A stretch of DNA of 63,374 nt, counting the filler, from Octopus bimaculoides (taxonomy: Eukaryota), in NCBI RefSeq assembly GCF_001194135.2. It is 3 parts of 2 records of this genome, joined end to end, with 100 filler letters (N's around TTAATTAATTAA, not from the genome) between each part and the next. Parts side by side here need not be neighbours in the genome. Positions count along the whole stretch, not along the records: positions 16,469 to 43,541 come from NC_068982.1; 2 more parts are not named here. One strand, given 5' to 3'. The notes under the pieces are model-generated. The model had not been told where the DNA came from, made no database searches, and saw only the letters and a program-made list of their open reading frames with translations. This document shows, in pieces, positions 26,848-39,409 of this stretch; positions within the stretch are counted from its first letter, which is position 1, and each line of letters begins with the position of its first letter. A program made the translations under genes and the position numbers.

Positions 26848-28106
26848 AATCTTTTGCACTTCTTTACCTTTTCTAGAAACAATTTTCTGAGTAGCAAGAA
26901 ATGTATATTGTTGACTTTGTAAGAAATTAAGCATTTCGATAGAACGTAAAATAATTCTTGTTTGGAATGATGGATTTCAAGGCAAATAAAGAGGTAAGTC
27001 CACGAACAGCCTTCGAATTGTTTTTTTTTTTTTTTTTACCCATTATTTGCACGCTATCATATATAGCTTTATTGGCTTCAAGATCTACCGTTCCAAACAA
27101 GAAGGTATGTTGTTTTTTAATGCTTGCTTGACTAACTTCATAAATTCATTAACCTTTAGTTAAAGAAAGATATATGCATTACGAAAACATGGATGAATCT
27201 ACTTCAATATATCATCTGTGAGTTTTAATTTGCTTTCATCGTGCTTGTTCTTAAGAATGGTTTGTATTAATCAAAACTTGTAACGGGGGTTAAACGTACA
27301 AAGTACACACCTGCGCACACGTGCGCACACACACATACGCACATATGCATGTTCACACACGGGCACACGCACACATAACACGCACGCTTGCACGTTTCGG
27401 TTTGGCTGAAATGAGAAGAAAAGTACACTCGAATGAAAAACACGGTAATACGATTTAATTTGGTTATATACTCACAGCTGTGTATATATTTGAATGTGGT
27501 TGTACGTACGCATGCATGCATGTATGTATGAATATGTGTATGGATATTATATGCGTGTGTATGTATGTGTGTGTGTCTGTGTGTGCATGTGCATGTGTGT
27601 GTGTGTGTGTGTATCCACTTATGTGTATGTATATAAATATTTAAATGTTTACTCAAATTTCCTACACCGTTCCGGACATCTGGAATCATATATTTGCCTT
27701 TGTGTGCGCGCGCGTGTGTGTTTCCGCGTGCGCAAGCAACCTTATCCGCGAGCACGTGAGTGTGTGTTTCTGTATGTAAATGCGTATTTCTATGTATATG
27801 CGTGTGAGATTCTGAATTTCAATATTGAAATGATCACCTGGGTTTCCTTTTAGCGCATACACAATTCCGAAGATTTCTGTGGGCACGTGTGTATTTGTGG
27901 GTCATCAAAGTAGATGTATTTTGCAGATCTATGTACCACTGTGTAGGTATACTCACCTGTAAAGGATCAATACAAAACCTGTTTCGCATACAAGTATAAA
28001 AATTATGCCAGTAGGTATATATATATGAATATATATAAACATTAAGATATATAATTTTTAAATTTCGTTTCTCCTTATAGAAATCGAAAAATAAAATAAA
28101 CATACT

Positions 28107-28320
28107 TTTCTACTCTAGGCACAAGACCCGAAATTTTTGGGAAGAGGGACAGTCGATTAGATCGACACCAGTATGCAACTGGTACTTAATTTATTGATCC
28201 CGAAGAGGATGAAAGGCAAAGTCAACCTCGGAGGAATTTGAACTCAGAACGAAAGACAGACGAAATACCGCTAAGCATTTTGCCCGGCGTGCTAACATTT
28301 CTGCCAGCCCGCCGCCTTAA
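28107..28320 (-). mobile_element. Near-complete SINE family A copy
   Basis: Reverse complement aggcggcgggctggcagaaatgttagcacgccgggc..ctgagttcaaattcc. Confidence 0.9.
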
Positions 28321-28720
28321 ATAAAATATATATAGGGCTGCAAATAGAAGTGCTCAAGTAAAAAACTGGGGCGAAAGACAAACTCAATGGTTAAAAAATA
28401 AACATCAGAATTGGGGAAACAACTTTATATCATCTCCATAGTGTTTAATTATCTTATATTTAATAGTTTAACTATCTTATTTTTTTTTTATTCTTAGTCT
28501 CCTTGCTATATATACATTCATATTTTCTTCATACGTTTTCATACGTATCGTTCTTTGCAGGTTTTTCACACGTTTTTATGTGTATAAATGTATATTCTTA
28601 TACCTTCAGGTTTTGTGTGCTGAACACCCTGGTATTTTAATATGCATTTATTTTTGTTCAACAGGGACGATATAAAGTTGTTTGCCCAATTCTGATGTTT
28701 ATTTTTTGACCACTGAGTTG

Positions 28721-28760
<40 letters not shown>

Positions 28761-29039
28761 NNNNNNNNNNNNNNNNNNNNNNNNNNNNNNNNNNNNNNNN
28801 NNNNNNNNNNNNNNNNNNNNNNNNNNNNNNNNNNNNNNNNNNNNNNNNNNNNNNNNNNNNNNNNNNNNNNNNNNNNNNNNNNNNNNNNNNNNNNNNNNNN
28901 NNNNNNNNNNNNNNNNNNNNNNNNNNNNNNNNNNNNNNNNNNNNNNNNNNNNNNNNNNNNNNNNNNNNNNNNNNNNNNNNNNNNNNNNNNNNNNNNNNNN
29001 NNNNNNNTGTATGTATGTATGTATGTATGTATGTATACA

Positions 29040-29240
29040 TAGTCAATTCAAATAAACAAACAATTGAACTTTAAAAAATAAAACATCGAACGTGAGGACG
29101 TGTACAAGAAATGTATTAGCTTGACGTTCGGCGAAGGGAGAGAGTTTGACGTTTCGAGCATAGCTTTTCATCGGAAAGCAGGAAAGAAAAAGTCCAAAGA
29201 TGGTGAAGAAATCGCCAACGGTACACGTGTAGTTACATTG
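29040..29240 (-). mobile_element. Dispersed repeat, probable Penelope-like terminal sequence with hammerhead-like motif
   Basis: Reverse complement ctttccgatgaaaagctatgctcgaaacgtcaaac at 29144-29178. Confidence 0.5.
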
Positions 29241-29543
29241 CATGGATGAAATGTTCGGGATGGAATCATGTAGTTCTACTGTCGATTCTACTGCAAGGTA
29301 TGTTTTGCTAGTTGTGCTTACCATACCATCGGTCTCGTCTTGGGAGTGAAATTTAATAGTTGGCAGATTCAAGATTAGAGGTTCGTTCAGATGTCTAGAA
29401 GAACTGTTTTCTGACTATGCATAATTATTTAATCACCCAGTTAATCGATTAATTGATGAAACAATTAATCCTCAACCATTCTCTTCTGACCCTGAATTTT
29501 CAATAATTAACTGGTTAATTCGTTGATTAATTATGTATAGAAA

Positions 29544-29926
29544 GTGGAGGCGCAATGGCCCAGTGGTTAGGGCAGCGGACTTGCGGTCGTAGGATCGCGG
29601 TTTCGATTCCCAGACCGGGCGTTCTGTGTTTATTGAGCGAAAACATCTAATTCTCCACGGGGCTCCGGCAGGGGGTGGTGGCGATCCCTGCTGTACTCTT
29701 CCACCACAACTTTCTCTCACTCTTACATCCTGGTTCTGTTGTACCTGTATTTCAAAGGGCTAGTCTTCTCACACTATGTGTCACGCTGAATCTCCCACGA
29801 GAACTACGTTAAGGGTACACGTGTCTGTGGAGTGCTCAGCCACTTGCACGTTAATTTCACGAGCAGGCTGTTCCGTTGATTGGATCAACTGGAACCCTCG
29901 TCGTCGTAACCGACGGAGTGCCAACA
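29544..29926 (+). mobile_element. Full-length tRNA-derived SINE family B (body X plus tail Y)
   Basis: Head ggcgcaatggcccagtggttagggcagcggact..ggtttcgattccc; ends cgtcgtaaccgacggagtgccaaca. Confidence 0.9.
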
Positions 29927-30130
29927 TGTATAGAAGGCATTTATTTTGTGTCAATCGAAACGTTCGTACCCTTATATAAATTTATATAAGAAACTCTTCG
30001 TTTTCATTTTTTTTTTTTGTAATTTGTCTGATTTGCTACCATTAACGCACCAAGAAATCGATTGCTGAATAACTATGGATTTAAAGTTTGTATGAATAGC
30101 CTGGAGGATTTAGCCGATAAACTTCTATTT

Positions 30131-30452
30131 CGGTTACGACGACGTGTGTTCCAGTTGATCCTATCAACGAAACAGCCTGCTCATGAAGTGAGCAGTGCTG
30201 TGGAGTACTAAGCTGGCTGAGTACTCCACAGACACGCGTACCTTTAACGTAGTTTTCAGGGTGATTCAGCGGGGCACAGAATGTGACAAGGTGGCCCTTT
30301 GAAATACAGGCACAGCTATTTATTTTACCAGCTGAGTGGACTGGAGCAACATGAAATAAAGTGTCTTGCTCAAAGACACAATGCGCCGCCAGGAATCGAG
30401 CTCACGACCTTACGATCGAGAGCTGAATACCCTAACCGCTAAGCCACTTGCC
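30131..30452 (-). mobile_element. tRNA-derived SINE (CORE-like middle plus tail Y)
   Basis: Reverse complement gtggcttagcggttagggtattc..gagctcgattcctgg..ttgtgtctttgagcaagacact..gttgctccagtccactcagctgg, then the same 3' half as 29544. Confidence 0.85.
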
Positions 30453-30827
30453 TATACAGATTCCTATTTTCCTCACTTGACATTCTGTTAGCCTGACTTT
30501 ATTGGCATGGAGCACTGACAGAGATATTCGCCTCGATTTCTTCAATTTTATGCGTGTGNNNNNNNNNNNNNNNNNNNNNNNNNNNNNNNNNNNNNNNNNN
30601 NNNNNNNNNNNNNNNNNNNNNNNNNNNNNNNNNNNNNNNNNNNNNNNNNNNNNNNNNNNNNNNNNNNNNNNNNNNNNNNNNNNNNNNNNNNNNNNNNNNN
30701 NNNNNNNNNNNNNNNNNNNNNNNNNNNNNNNNNACATTCATACACACATCTACACATACCTACATACGCATATATGGGTATTTATGTTTATAAAACGTTT
30801 ACAAACACACATACACGCATGTATGTG

Positions 30828-30881
<54 letters not shown>

Positions 30882-31377
30882 AACCTACATACATACTTTC
30901 TTAGATTTCACCCTTCAGTGCCACTTCCGTATTTCAACTACTTTTTTTTTTACTTCCTTTCAGTACACATGTTCAAATCTCCGTGCCAATCGCCCCTTGT
31001 GACCTTAAATATCCAACCAGAAGTCGTTTCGCAACACTGTCAACATATTCACATAATTTGATCGCGTGATCTGTTTACTTATTAATTTTCTGTATTATTT
31101 TTATTTTTGTTTTATTTAGGCATAATCAGACATCAAGAATTGACTTGAATTCTAGCGGTTGTTTTGTATTTTAACTCGATTTCTGCGATATGTTACGAAG
31201 AGTTTTAGTGGGTGGAACTCTTCATACGATATGATCTCTCTCCCCTCTCTCTCTCTCTCTCTCTGTATGTATGCATATATGTATATATGCATGTATGTAG
31301 CTTTAGTGATGCAAGCAGGAAAATTAAAGTCAAACATGAGAATAATGAGTATAAGTATATTTTTTACTAATATTTAG

Positions 31378-31770
31378 GAGAAACAAGACTGTGAGCTGGC
31401 AATATCATTAGCATGCCAAATAAAACGCGGCATCCCCCCCCCCATACACACACATCTTTACGTTCTGCGTTCAAATGTCGCCGAGGCCTACTTTTCGTTC
31501 CAGAGTCGATAAAATTAGTATCAGTTGAGGACTGGAGTCGATCTAATCGACTTATCACTTTCCCCGAATTTGCTGACCTTGTGACAAAATTTGAAACCAA
31601 TGGCAGGATTGTTAGCAGCCGGGTAAAATTCTTAGCGGCATTTCGCCCGTCGCCACGTTTTGAGTTCAAATTCCGCCGATATCGACTTTTCCTTTCATAC
31701 TTTCGGTGTCAATAAAATAAGTTCCTCTGGAATAGCTGGTTTTGCACCAACATTTGAAATCAATATTTAG
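31378..31770 (+). mobile_element. Two adjacent SINE family A copies
   Basis: B-box gcgttcaaatgtcg and gagttcaaattccg, with family A bodies. Confidence 0.8.
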
Positions 31771-32939
31771 TAGAGGTAGCAGAGTGCCTCAAATTCCGAG
31801 AGTTATTTGCGTTGGATGCTGGTCTATGAGAAAACCCAAACTGTATATTCTAGTCTGAAAAATTGCTTGAGAACACAAGGCTTACTATACAAGCCTGTCA
31901 TTTTATTGTGTTCACACATGAAGCTAATAGCAGCTCGAATTCAATACTGTCTATATTAAACGATGTTTATCTATCACGGGATGGAGTACCTTTTTCATTT
32001 ATTCCTCCAATACCGGAAGAGTCAATTACACACACACACACACACACACANNNNNNNNNNNNNNNNNNNNNNNNNNNNNNNNNNNNNNNNNNNNNNNNNN
32101 NNNNNNNNNNNNNNNNNNNNNNNNNNNNNNNNNNNNNNNNNNNNNNNNNNNNNNNNNNNNNNNNNNNNNNNNNNNNNNNNNNNNNNNNNNNNNNNNNNNN
32201 NNNNNNNNNNNNNNNNNNNNNNNNNNNNNNNNNNNNNNNNNNNNNNNNNNNNNNNNNNNNNNNNNNNNNNNNNNNNNNNNNNNNNNNNNNNNNNNNNNNN
32301 NNNNNNNNNNNNNNNNNNNNNNNNNNNNNNNNNNNNNNNNNNNNNNNNNNNNNNNNNNNNNNNNNNNNNNNNNNNNNNNNNNNNNNNNNNNNNNNNNNNN
32401 NNNNNNNNNNNNNNNNNNNNNNNNNNNNNNNNNNNNNNNNNNNNNNNNNNNNNNNNNNNNNNNNNNNNNNNNNNNNNNNNNNNNNNNNNNNNNNNNNNNN
32501 NNNNNNNNNNNNNNNNNNNNNNNNNNNNNNNNNNNNNNNNNNNNNNNNNNNNNNNNNNNNNNNNNNNNNNNNNNNNNNNNNNNNNNNNNNNNNNNNNNNN
32601 NNNNNNNNNNNNNNNNNNNNNNNNNNNNNNNNNNNNNNNNNNNNNNNNNNNNNNNNNNNNNNNNNNNNNNNNNNNNNNNNNNNNNNNNNNNNNNNNNNNN
32701 NNNNNNNNNNNNNNNNNNNNNNNNNNNNNNNNNNNNNNNNNNNNNNNNNNNNNNNNNNNNNNNNNNNNNNNNNNNNNNNNNNNNNNNNNNNNNNNNNNNN
32801 NNNNNNNNNNNNNNNNNNNNNNNNNNNNNNNNNNNNNNNNNNNNNNNNNNNNNNNNNNNNNNNNNNNNNNNNNNNNNNNNNNNNNNNNNNNNNNNNNNNN
32901 NNNNNNNNNNNNNNNNATATATATATATATATATATATA

Positions 32940-34650
32940 TACATGACGGGCTTCTTTCAGATTCCTTTTGCTAAGTCCAGTCACGGCTTTGCTTGACTCG
33001 AGGGTAATGTAGAAGACACCCAAGTTATCACGCACTGAGACTGAAACCGGCTGGGATGCAAACTTATCACCACACAGCCACGCCTACATATATATCATAG
33101 TTTCAATCACTGGACGCCGGCCATGCTGGGGCTCCACCTTCAGGAGTTAAGTTGAGCATACTGACCCGGGGAATATTTTTTTGAGCCTAGTACTTATTCT
33201 ATCGGTCCCTTCTACCTAACCGTTGAGTTACAGAGACGTAAATGAACCAACACCAGTTGTCAAGCAGTTGTGCCTGGGAGTTGGGGCAAACACGAACACG
33301 TATAGACACAACACACATAAACACACGTACGCACACATACTACGCATATTTATGTGTATGTATGTGTGTGTATATATATGTATATATATATATGTATATA
33401 TACGAATGCATACGTACTTAGGCTTTGTATATACATACATATATATATATATATATATATGTATATATNNNNNNNNNNNNNNNNNNNNNNNNNNNNNNNN
33501 NNNNNNNNNNNNNNNNNNNNNNNNNNNNNNNNNNNNNNNNNNNNNNNNNNNNNNNNNNNNNNNNNNNNNNNNNNNNNNNNNNNNNNNNNNNNNNNNNNNN
33601 NNNNNNNNNNNNNNNNNNNNNNNNNNNNNNNNNNNNNNNNNNNNNNNNNNNNNNNNNNNNNNNNNNNNNNNNNNNNNNNNNNNNNNNNNNNNNNNNNNNN
33701 NNNNNNNNNNNNNNNNNNNNNNNNNNNNNNNNNNNNNNNNNNNNNNNNNNNNNNNNNNNNNNNNNNNNNNNNNNNNNNNNNNNNNNNNNNNNNNNNNNNN
33801 NNNNNNNNNNNNNNNNNNNNNNNNNNNNNNNNNNNNNNNNNNNNNNNNNNNNNNNNNNNNNNNNNNNNNNNNNNNNNNNNNNNNNNNNNNNNNNNNNNNN
33901 NNNNNNNNNNNNNNNNNNNNNNNNNNNNNNNNNNNNNNNNNNNNNNNNNNNNNNNNNNNNNNNNNNNNNNNNNNNNNNNNNNNNNNNNNNNNNNNNNNNN
34001 NNNNNNNNNNNNNNNNNNNNNNNNNNNNNNNNNNNNNNNNNNNNNNNNNNNNNNNNNNNNNNNNNNNNNNNNNNNNNNNNNNNNNNNNNNNNNNNNNNNN
34101 NNNNNNNNNNNNNNNNNNNNNNNNNNNNNNNNNNNNNNNNNNNNNNNNNNNNNNNNNNNNNNNNNNNNNNNNNNNNNNNNNNNNNNNNNNNNNNNNNNNN
34201 NNNNNNNNNNNNNNNNNNNNNNNNNNNNNNNNNNNNNNNNNNNNNNNNNNNNNNNNNNNNNNNNNNNNNNNNNNNNNNNNNNNNNNNNNNNNNNNNNNNN
34301 NNNNNNNNNNNNNNNNNNNNNNNNNNNNNNNNNNNNNNNNNNNNNNNNNNNNNNNNNNNNNNNNNNNNNNNNNNNNNNNNNNNNNNNNNNNNNNNNNNNN
34401 NNNNNNNNNNNNNNNNNNNNNNNNNNNNNNNNNNNNNNNNNNNNNNNNNNNNNNTATATATATGTATATATACGAATGCATACGTACTTAGGCTTTGTAT
34501 ATACATACATATATATACATATATACGACGGGCTTCTTTCAGTTTCTGTCTACTAAATCCACTCACAAGGCTTCGGTCGGCCCGAGGCTATAGTAGAAGA
34601 CACTTGTCCAAGGTGCCACGTAATGGGACTGAACCCGGAACCATATGGTT
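32940..34650 (-). mobile_element. SINE family C segments: one head half (32940-33085) and one element (33110-34650) split by an internal microsatellite and a gap
   Basis: acgacgggcttctttcagtttctgtctactaaatccactcacaaggc..gtgccacg..gggactgaacccggaacc. The tail half is at 33110-33300. Confidence 0.85.
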
Positions 34651-35003
34651 TGCAAATATGTGTATGTGTGTGCGCACGTGTGTGTGTGTCTGTGTGTGTG
34701 TGTCTGTGAGTAGACATACATACGTACATATTTATTTACACACATATGCAAATAGTTCCTTATGTTATTAATGCTCATACACGTGAAAATGTGTCATTGT
34801 ATTTTGTTTGTTTTTATAAGACGCACTGCTTCCTTTATTGTTGTTTGGTTGTTAGAGAGGCTTTGCCATCTATGTGTTACCACCCACAGATACCCCATAC
34901 ACATTCGCTCAAACAGTTATATGTAAATATTGTATATCTCCCATGTTAATTTCATTCCTAACCCACTCTTACAGTGTTAGTAAAAAACATTGACGCACTC
35001 ACG

Positions 35004-35039
<36 letters not shown>

Positions 35040-35134
35040 TACACATGCAGTCGCATGATAAATATAACATACAAAATATATACGTTAGTATAAATGCAAG
35101 CACACACACATAGAAACATATATAATTCTTTATT

Positions 35135-35357
35135 GCCCACAAGGGGCTAAACATAGAAGAGACAAACAAGGACAGAAAAATGGACTAAGTCGATTACATC
35201 GACCCCAGTGCGTAACTGGTACTTATTTAATTGACCCCGAAAGGATGAAAGGCAAAGTCGACCTCGGCGGAATTTGAACTCAGAACGTAACGGCAGGCGA
35301 AATACCGTTAAGCATTTCGCCTGGCGTGCTAACGATTCTGCCAGCTCACCGCCTTAC
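35135..35357 (-). mobile_element. SINE family A copy with an alternative tail
   Basis: Head and body match 28107, but the tail is gcccacaaggggctaaacatagaagagacaaacaagg rather than ggcacaaggcc. Confidence 0.85.
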
Positions 35358-35647
35358 ATAGAAACATATATACACGCAACACGCGTTCATTTATTACGCA
35401 GACAACATGTACAAACACCAGACACGGAACGACATTTAAACTAGCGCGTGCATATAACACACGTGATAAAGAGGTCCTAAACTGAAAACAAAACTATTTC
35501 TTCTAATTTGGTCATTTTTGTGTAATTACAATACATAGTCAGGATGCTCAGTTCACAATTGCAAAATCATGGTTTCAATACCCATGCTACAGGGTGATGA
35601 AGCGTATTGTGACCAGTGGTGTATGACAACATCCAACAGTCTAGTCG

Positions 35648-35733
<86 letters not shown>

Positions 35734-36217
35734 ATAGACAGACAGATATTTTCATGAATCCATATACAATATATATAAATCAGCTCGAAATATGGAGGTG
35801 ATCGAAATGAATGCAAACGTTCCACTAATTCTTATTTTTCGTAACACTAGCTATTTACCCCCACGCAAGACGTTTAAACCCTCATAAAATGGTGGCTTAG
35901 ATGTAGTAAATTATGTGACGAAATTGAATGAGTAGATCTTTCCTCTATAGAAACCAATTTAATTCGTATCAAACCCTAAAACAAACAGCTTAAATACCAA
36001 AACATAAGGAAAATTCAATAATATATAGTATCGTTACCTGAACAACAAAAATGCACAACATACGATAAATATATTGTAAATTTCTTTTTGTGGTCTTATG
36101 TTGAAAATGTGACTTTTTAACTGAGTCTTGTTTTTTACAGTTAAAGTTTTGCTTAATTGTAGTAGAAACTGTATATGATGAAATATTTATCATAAGCGAG
36201 ATGTATATTTACTCCCT

Positions 36218-36805
36218 CTCTATACTTTAGAGTGGACAGGATGATTTGGTGTCGAAAATGACGCGCGTTTGTGGAACTGACAAGCCGCAAAGACAGCGAA
36301 ATGCGCATCTACTGCAATCACAGTAGCTTCCAAAGTGATTCCCTTTCGTCTAATTTTGACGTATATTGTATTTTTAACGCAATATGCCTTATATATAAAG
36401 GTATCTTTCCTCGGACGAAAATTGCAGCTACTGGCCTTTCTACGATATACATCCGTTAAGCATCACATATAGATATAGATTTTAATTTCGAGCTACTTCT
36501 AAGGCAAAATTTAGATTTTATTCAGCCTAGTGGCATCTCTGCAACTACAGTTAATTCTTTATTCACTGTTTCTATATACTTCAGATTGGCTAGGAAGGTT
36601 TCGTGTCTGACTAACAAGCTGCTACAAGGGTGAAATGTGCATGTGTCACTTTTGCGGTCAATTCCAGGTTGATTTCGTTTCGTCTAGTTCTGAAGTACAT
36701 TGCTTTTAACACAAAACGTCTATAAATGAATTTTATATCGGATGAATACTGCAGTAACTGGCTTTTGTACGATATACATATGCTACGTAATTCATATAAA
36801 GATAT
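36218..36805. repeat. Diverged local direct duplication (about 36218-36476 and 36572-36805)
   Basis: Collinear blocks, e.g. tcggacgaaaattgcagctactggcctttctacgatatacat vs tcggatgaatactgcagtaactggcttttgtacgatatacat. Confidence 0.8.
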
Positions 36806-36878
36806 TACTTACATGTTTAAAAATTCTTATTTGATGTCATGAGAATGTTTATTATAACACACCGTTCAATCGGATGTA

Positions 36879-37121
36879 TTTAACTCTTTTGATACCAACT
36901 CATATGCAACAGCTACTGTGTCTGCGATACAAACTTGCTATTCTAATGTGAATTAAATCTCCCATCAAAATTTCATGTTAATTTATTTAATCCAACCATA
37001 AAATTAACATGATGACGGTGCCCCAGCATGGGCTGAAGTGTATAAAAGGATAAAATAGTTTCAAAAGTAATTAAAACAAAGGCTATTTATTTCAACAGAA
37101 ATATAGTAACAAAAGAGTTAC
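36879..37121. mobile_element. MITE with 15-bp terminal inverted repeats (TTAA context at the left end, possibly piggyBac-like)
   Basis: taactcttttgatac (36881-36895) and gtaacaaaagagtta (37106-37120) are 14/15 complementary. Confidence 0.6.
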
Positions 37122-38277
37122 GAAAATAACTTTGTAATAGCCTAAATTATGTAGGACTCTAGCAAAATAATTGCTTATCAGAGCTAAAACCAGTACAAAC
37201 GCACGAACGATGTCATAACAGTGACAAACGAAATATACTCCACCGATAGTTGTTGTTGACAAACAGCAGTAATTTTATTCAGCTGAATACACGTCATTGA
37301 TTGATTGAAATTACCGAAATACGACAACTTTAACACGAAATTACTTTGAAAATATAAACTTTTCTCAACACCACTAAGAGTAAAAGATGTTTTATATGAC
37401 ACATTCTACCAGTGTCCGAAGTTTGAAAGTGTTTATTTACAAAAAATTAATTTCTCGATGTTTCCGTTCAAAGGGAAAAGATCCTAAAACCGTTGTTAAA
37501 GGCAGTATAGTATAACTTTAATAAAGCTTTTGATACGGGTCTCTGAAAATGCGAGTGTGTAAGTATAAGCTACTCTTGCTATTAAGTTAATCCAGCACTG
37601 ACTATGTACACTGAGTATATACATAAAATGTGCGTATCACATTCATATATACACCACATATTAGCATGTACTACATACAGATATACTGATATACAGATAC
37701 ATATCACATAAACCCGCGTCACACACACACACACAGATATACGCTACAGACTCATGGGCAACGACGTAGTGCCAAGAAATGCCGCACAAATGGTAGTAAC
37801 ATTAAAGGCATCAACTAAACTACAGGCCACCCACGAAGAAAATAATAAAACAACAATTACCGCAGCAACAGCAATAACAACAACAATTTAATCAGCCAAG
37901 AAGAAACCATTTATTTATTTACTCTATGTATTTATTTATCTATTTAATGTATTCACTGTAACAACTGTTACAACTACAATTTACTATTTATAGATTGTTT
38001 TAACCATATAATTAAATGGAGAAAAAGACATAAGACAACCTACATTAAAAAAAGTCGGAAAAGAAAATAATACAAAAATTAAAAAACAAACAAAAAGAAA
38101 GAAAATTACTCATGTTTCTCTTTTTTTTTTTATCCTTGAACAGCTTTATATAATTACAGCTTGCACTCCTATGCTTCATCGTAACGAGGAAAAAGTGGCT
38201 CTTAACACCCTAGTGTTATACTAAAATTTAGTAGTTGTTACTGCTTAGAAGTGTTGACCTCGATCATGCAGTCCTAT

Positions 38278-38575
38278 TTTGTTGTTGTTGTTGGCACTCC
38301 GTCGCTTACGACGTCGAGGGTTCCAGTTGATCCGATCAACGGAACAGCCTGCTCATGAAATTAACGTGCAAATGGCTGAGCACTCCACAGACACGTGTAC
38401 CCTTAACGTAGTTCTCGGGGATATTCAGCGTGACACAATGTGACAAGGCTGACCCTTTGAATTACAGGCACAACAGAAACAGGAAGTAAGAGTGAGAGAA
38501 AGTTGTGGTGAAAGAGTACAGCAGGGTTCACCACCATCCCCTACCAGAGCCTCGTGGAGCTTTAGGTGTTTTCGC
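38278..38575 (-). mobile_element. SINE family B copy, head lost in a gap, (AAC)n tail
   Basis: Highly similar to the reverse complement of 29640-29926. Confidence 0.9.
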
Positions 38576-39409
38576 NNNNNNNNNNNNNNNNNNNNNNNNN
38601 NNNNNNNNNNNNNNNNNNNNNNNNNNNNNNNNNNNNNNNNNNNNNNNNNNNNNNNNNNNNNNNNNNNNNNNNNNNNNNNNNNNNNNNNNNNNNNNNNNNN
38701 NNNNNNNNNNNNNNNNNNNNNNNNNNNNNNNNNNNNNNNNNNNNNNNNNNNNNNNNNNNNNNNNNNNNNNNNNNNNNNNNNNNNNNNNNNNNNNNNNNNN
38801 NNNNNNNNNNNNNNNNNNNNNNNNNNNNNNNNNNNNNNNNNNNNNNNNNNNNNNNNNNNNNNNNNNNNNNNNNNNNNNNNNNNNNNNNNNNNNNNNNNNN
38901 NNNNNNNNNNNNNNNNNNNNNNNNNNNNNNNNNNNNNNNNNNNNNNNNNNNNNNNNNNNNNNNNNNNNNNNNNNNNNNNNNNNNNNNNNNNNNNNNNNNN
39001 NNNNNNNNNNNNNNNNNNNNNNNNNNNNNNNNNNNNNNNNNNNNNNNNNNNNNNNNNNNNNNNNNNNNNNNNNNNNNNNNNNNNNNNNNNNNNNNNNNNN
39101 NNNNNNNNNNNNNNNNNNNNNNNNNNNNNNNNNNNNNNNNNNNNNNNNNNNNNNNNNNNNNNNNNNNNNNNNNNNNNNNNNNNNNNNNNNNNNNNNNNNN
39201 NNNNNNNNNNNNNNNNNNNNNNNNNNNNNNNNNNNNNNNNNNNNNNNNNNNNNNNNNNNNNNNNNNNNNNNNNNNNNNNNNNNNNNNNNNNNNNNNNNNN
39301 NNNNNNNNNNNNNNNNNNNNNNNNNNNNNNNNNNNNNNNNNNNNNNNNNNNNNNNNNNNNNNNNNNNNNNNNNNNNNNNNNNNNNNNNNNNNNNNNNNNN
39401 NNNNNNNAA

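Noticed and set aside
29544-29625. tRNA-like heads of SINEs (also 53808, 30380-30452, 40780-40850)
   Set aside because: They continue directly into SINE bodies and lack a closed acceptor stem, so they are not tRNA genes.
33390-34515. Same ~50 bp (gtatatatacgaatgcatacgtacttaggctttg) on both sides of a 985-N gap
   Set aside because: The two halves of one SINE lie on either side, so the gap is probably oversized or an overlap rather than a real duplication.
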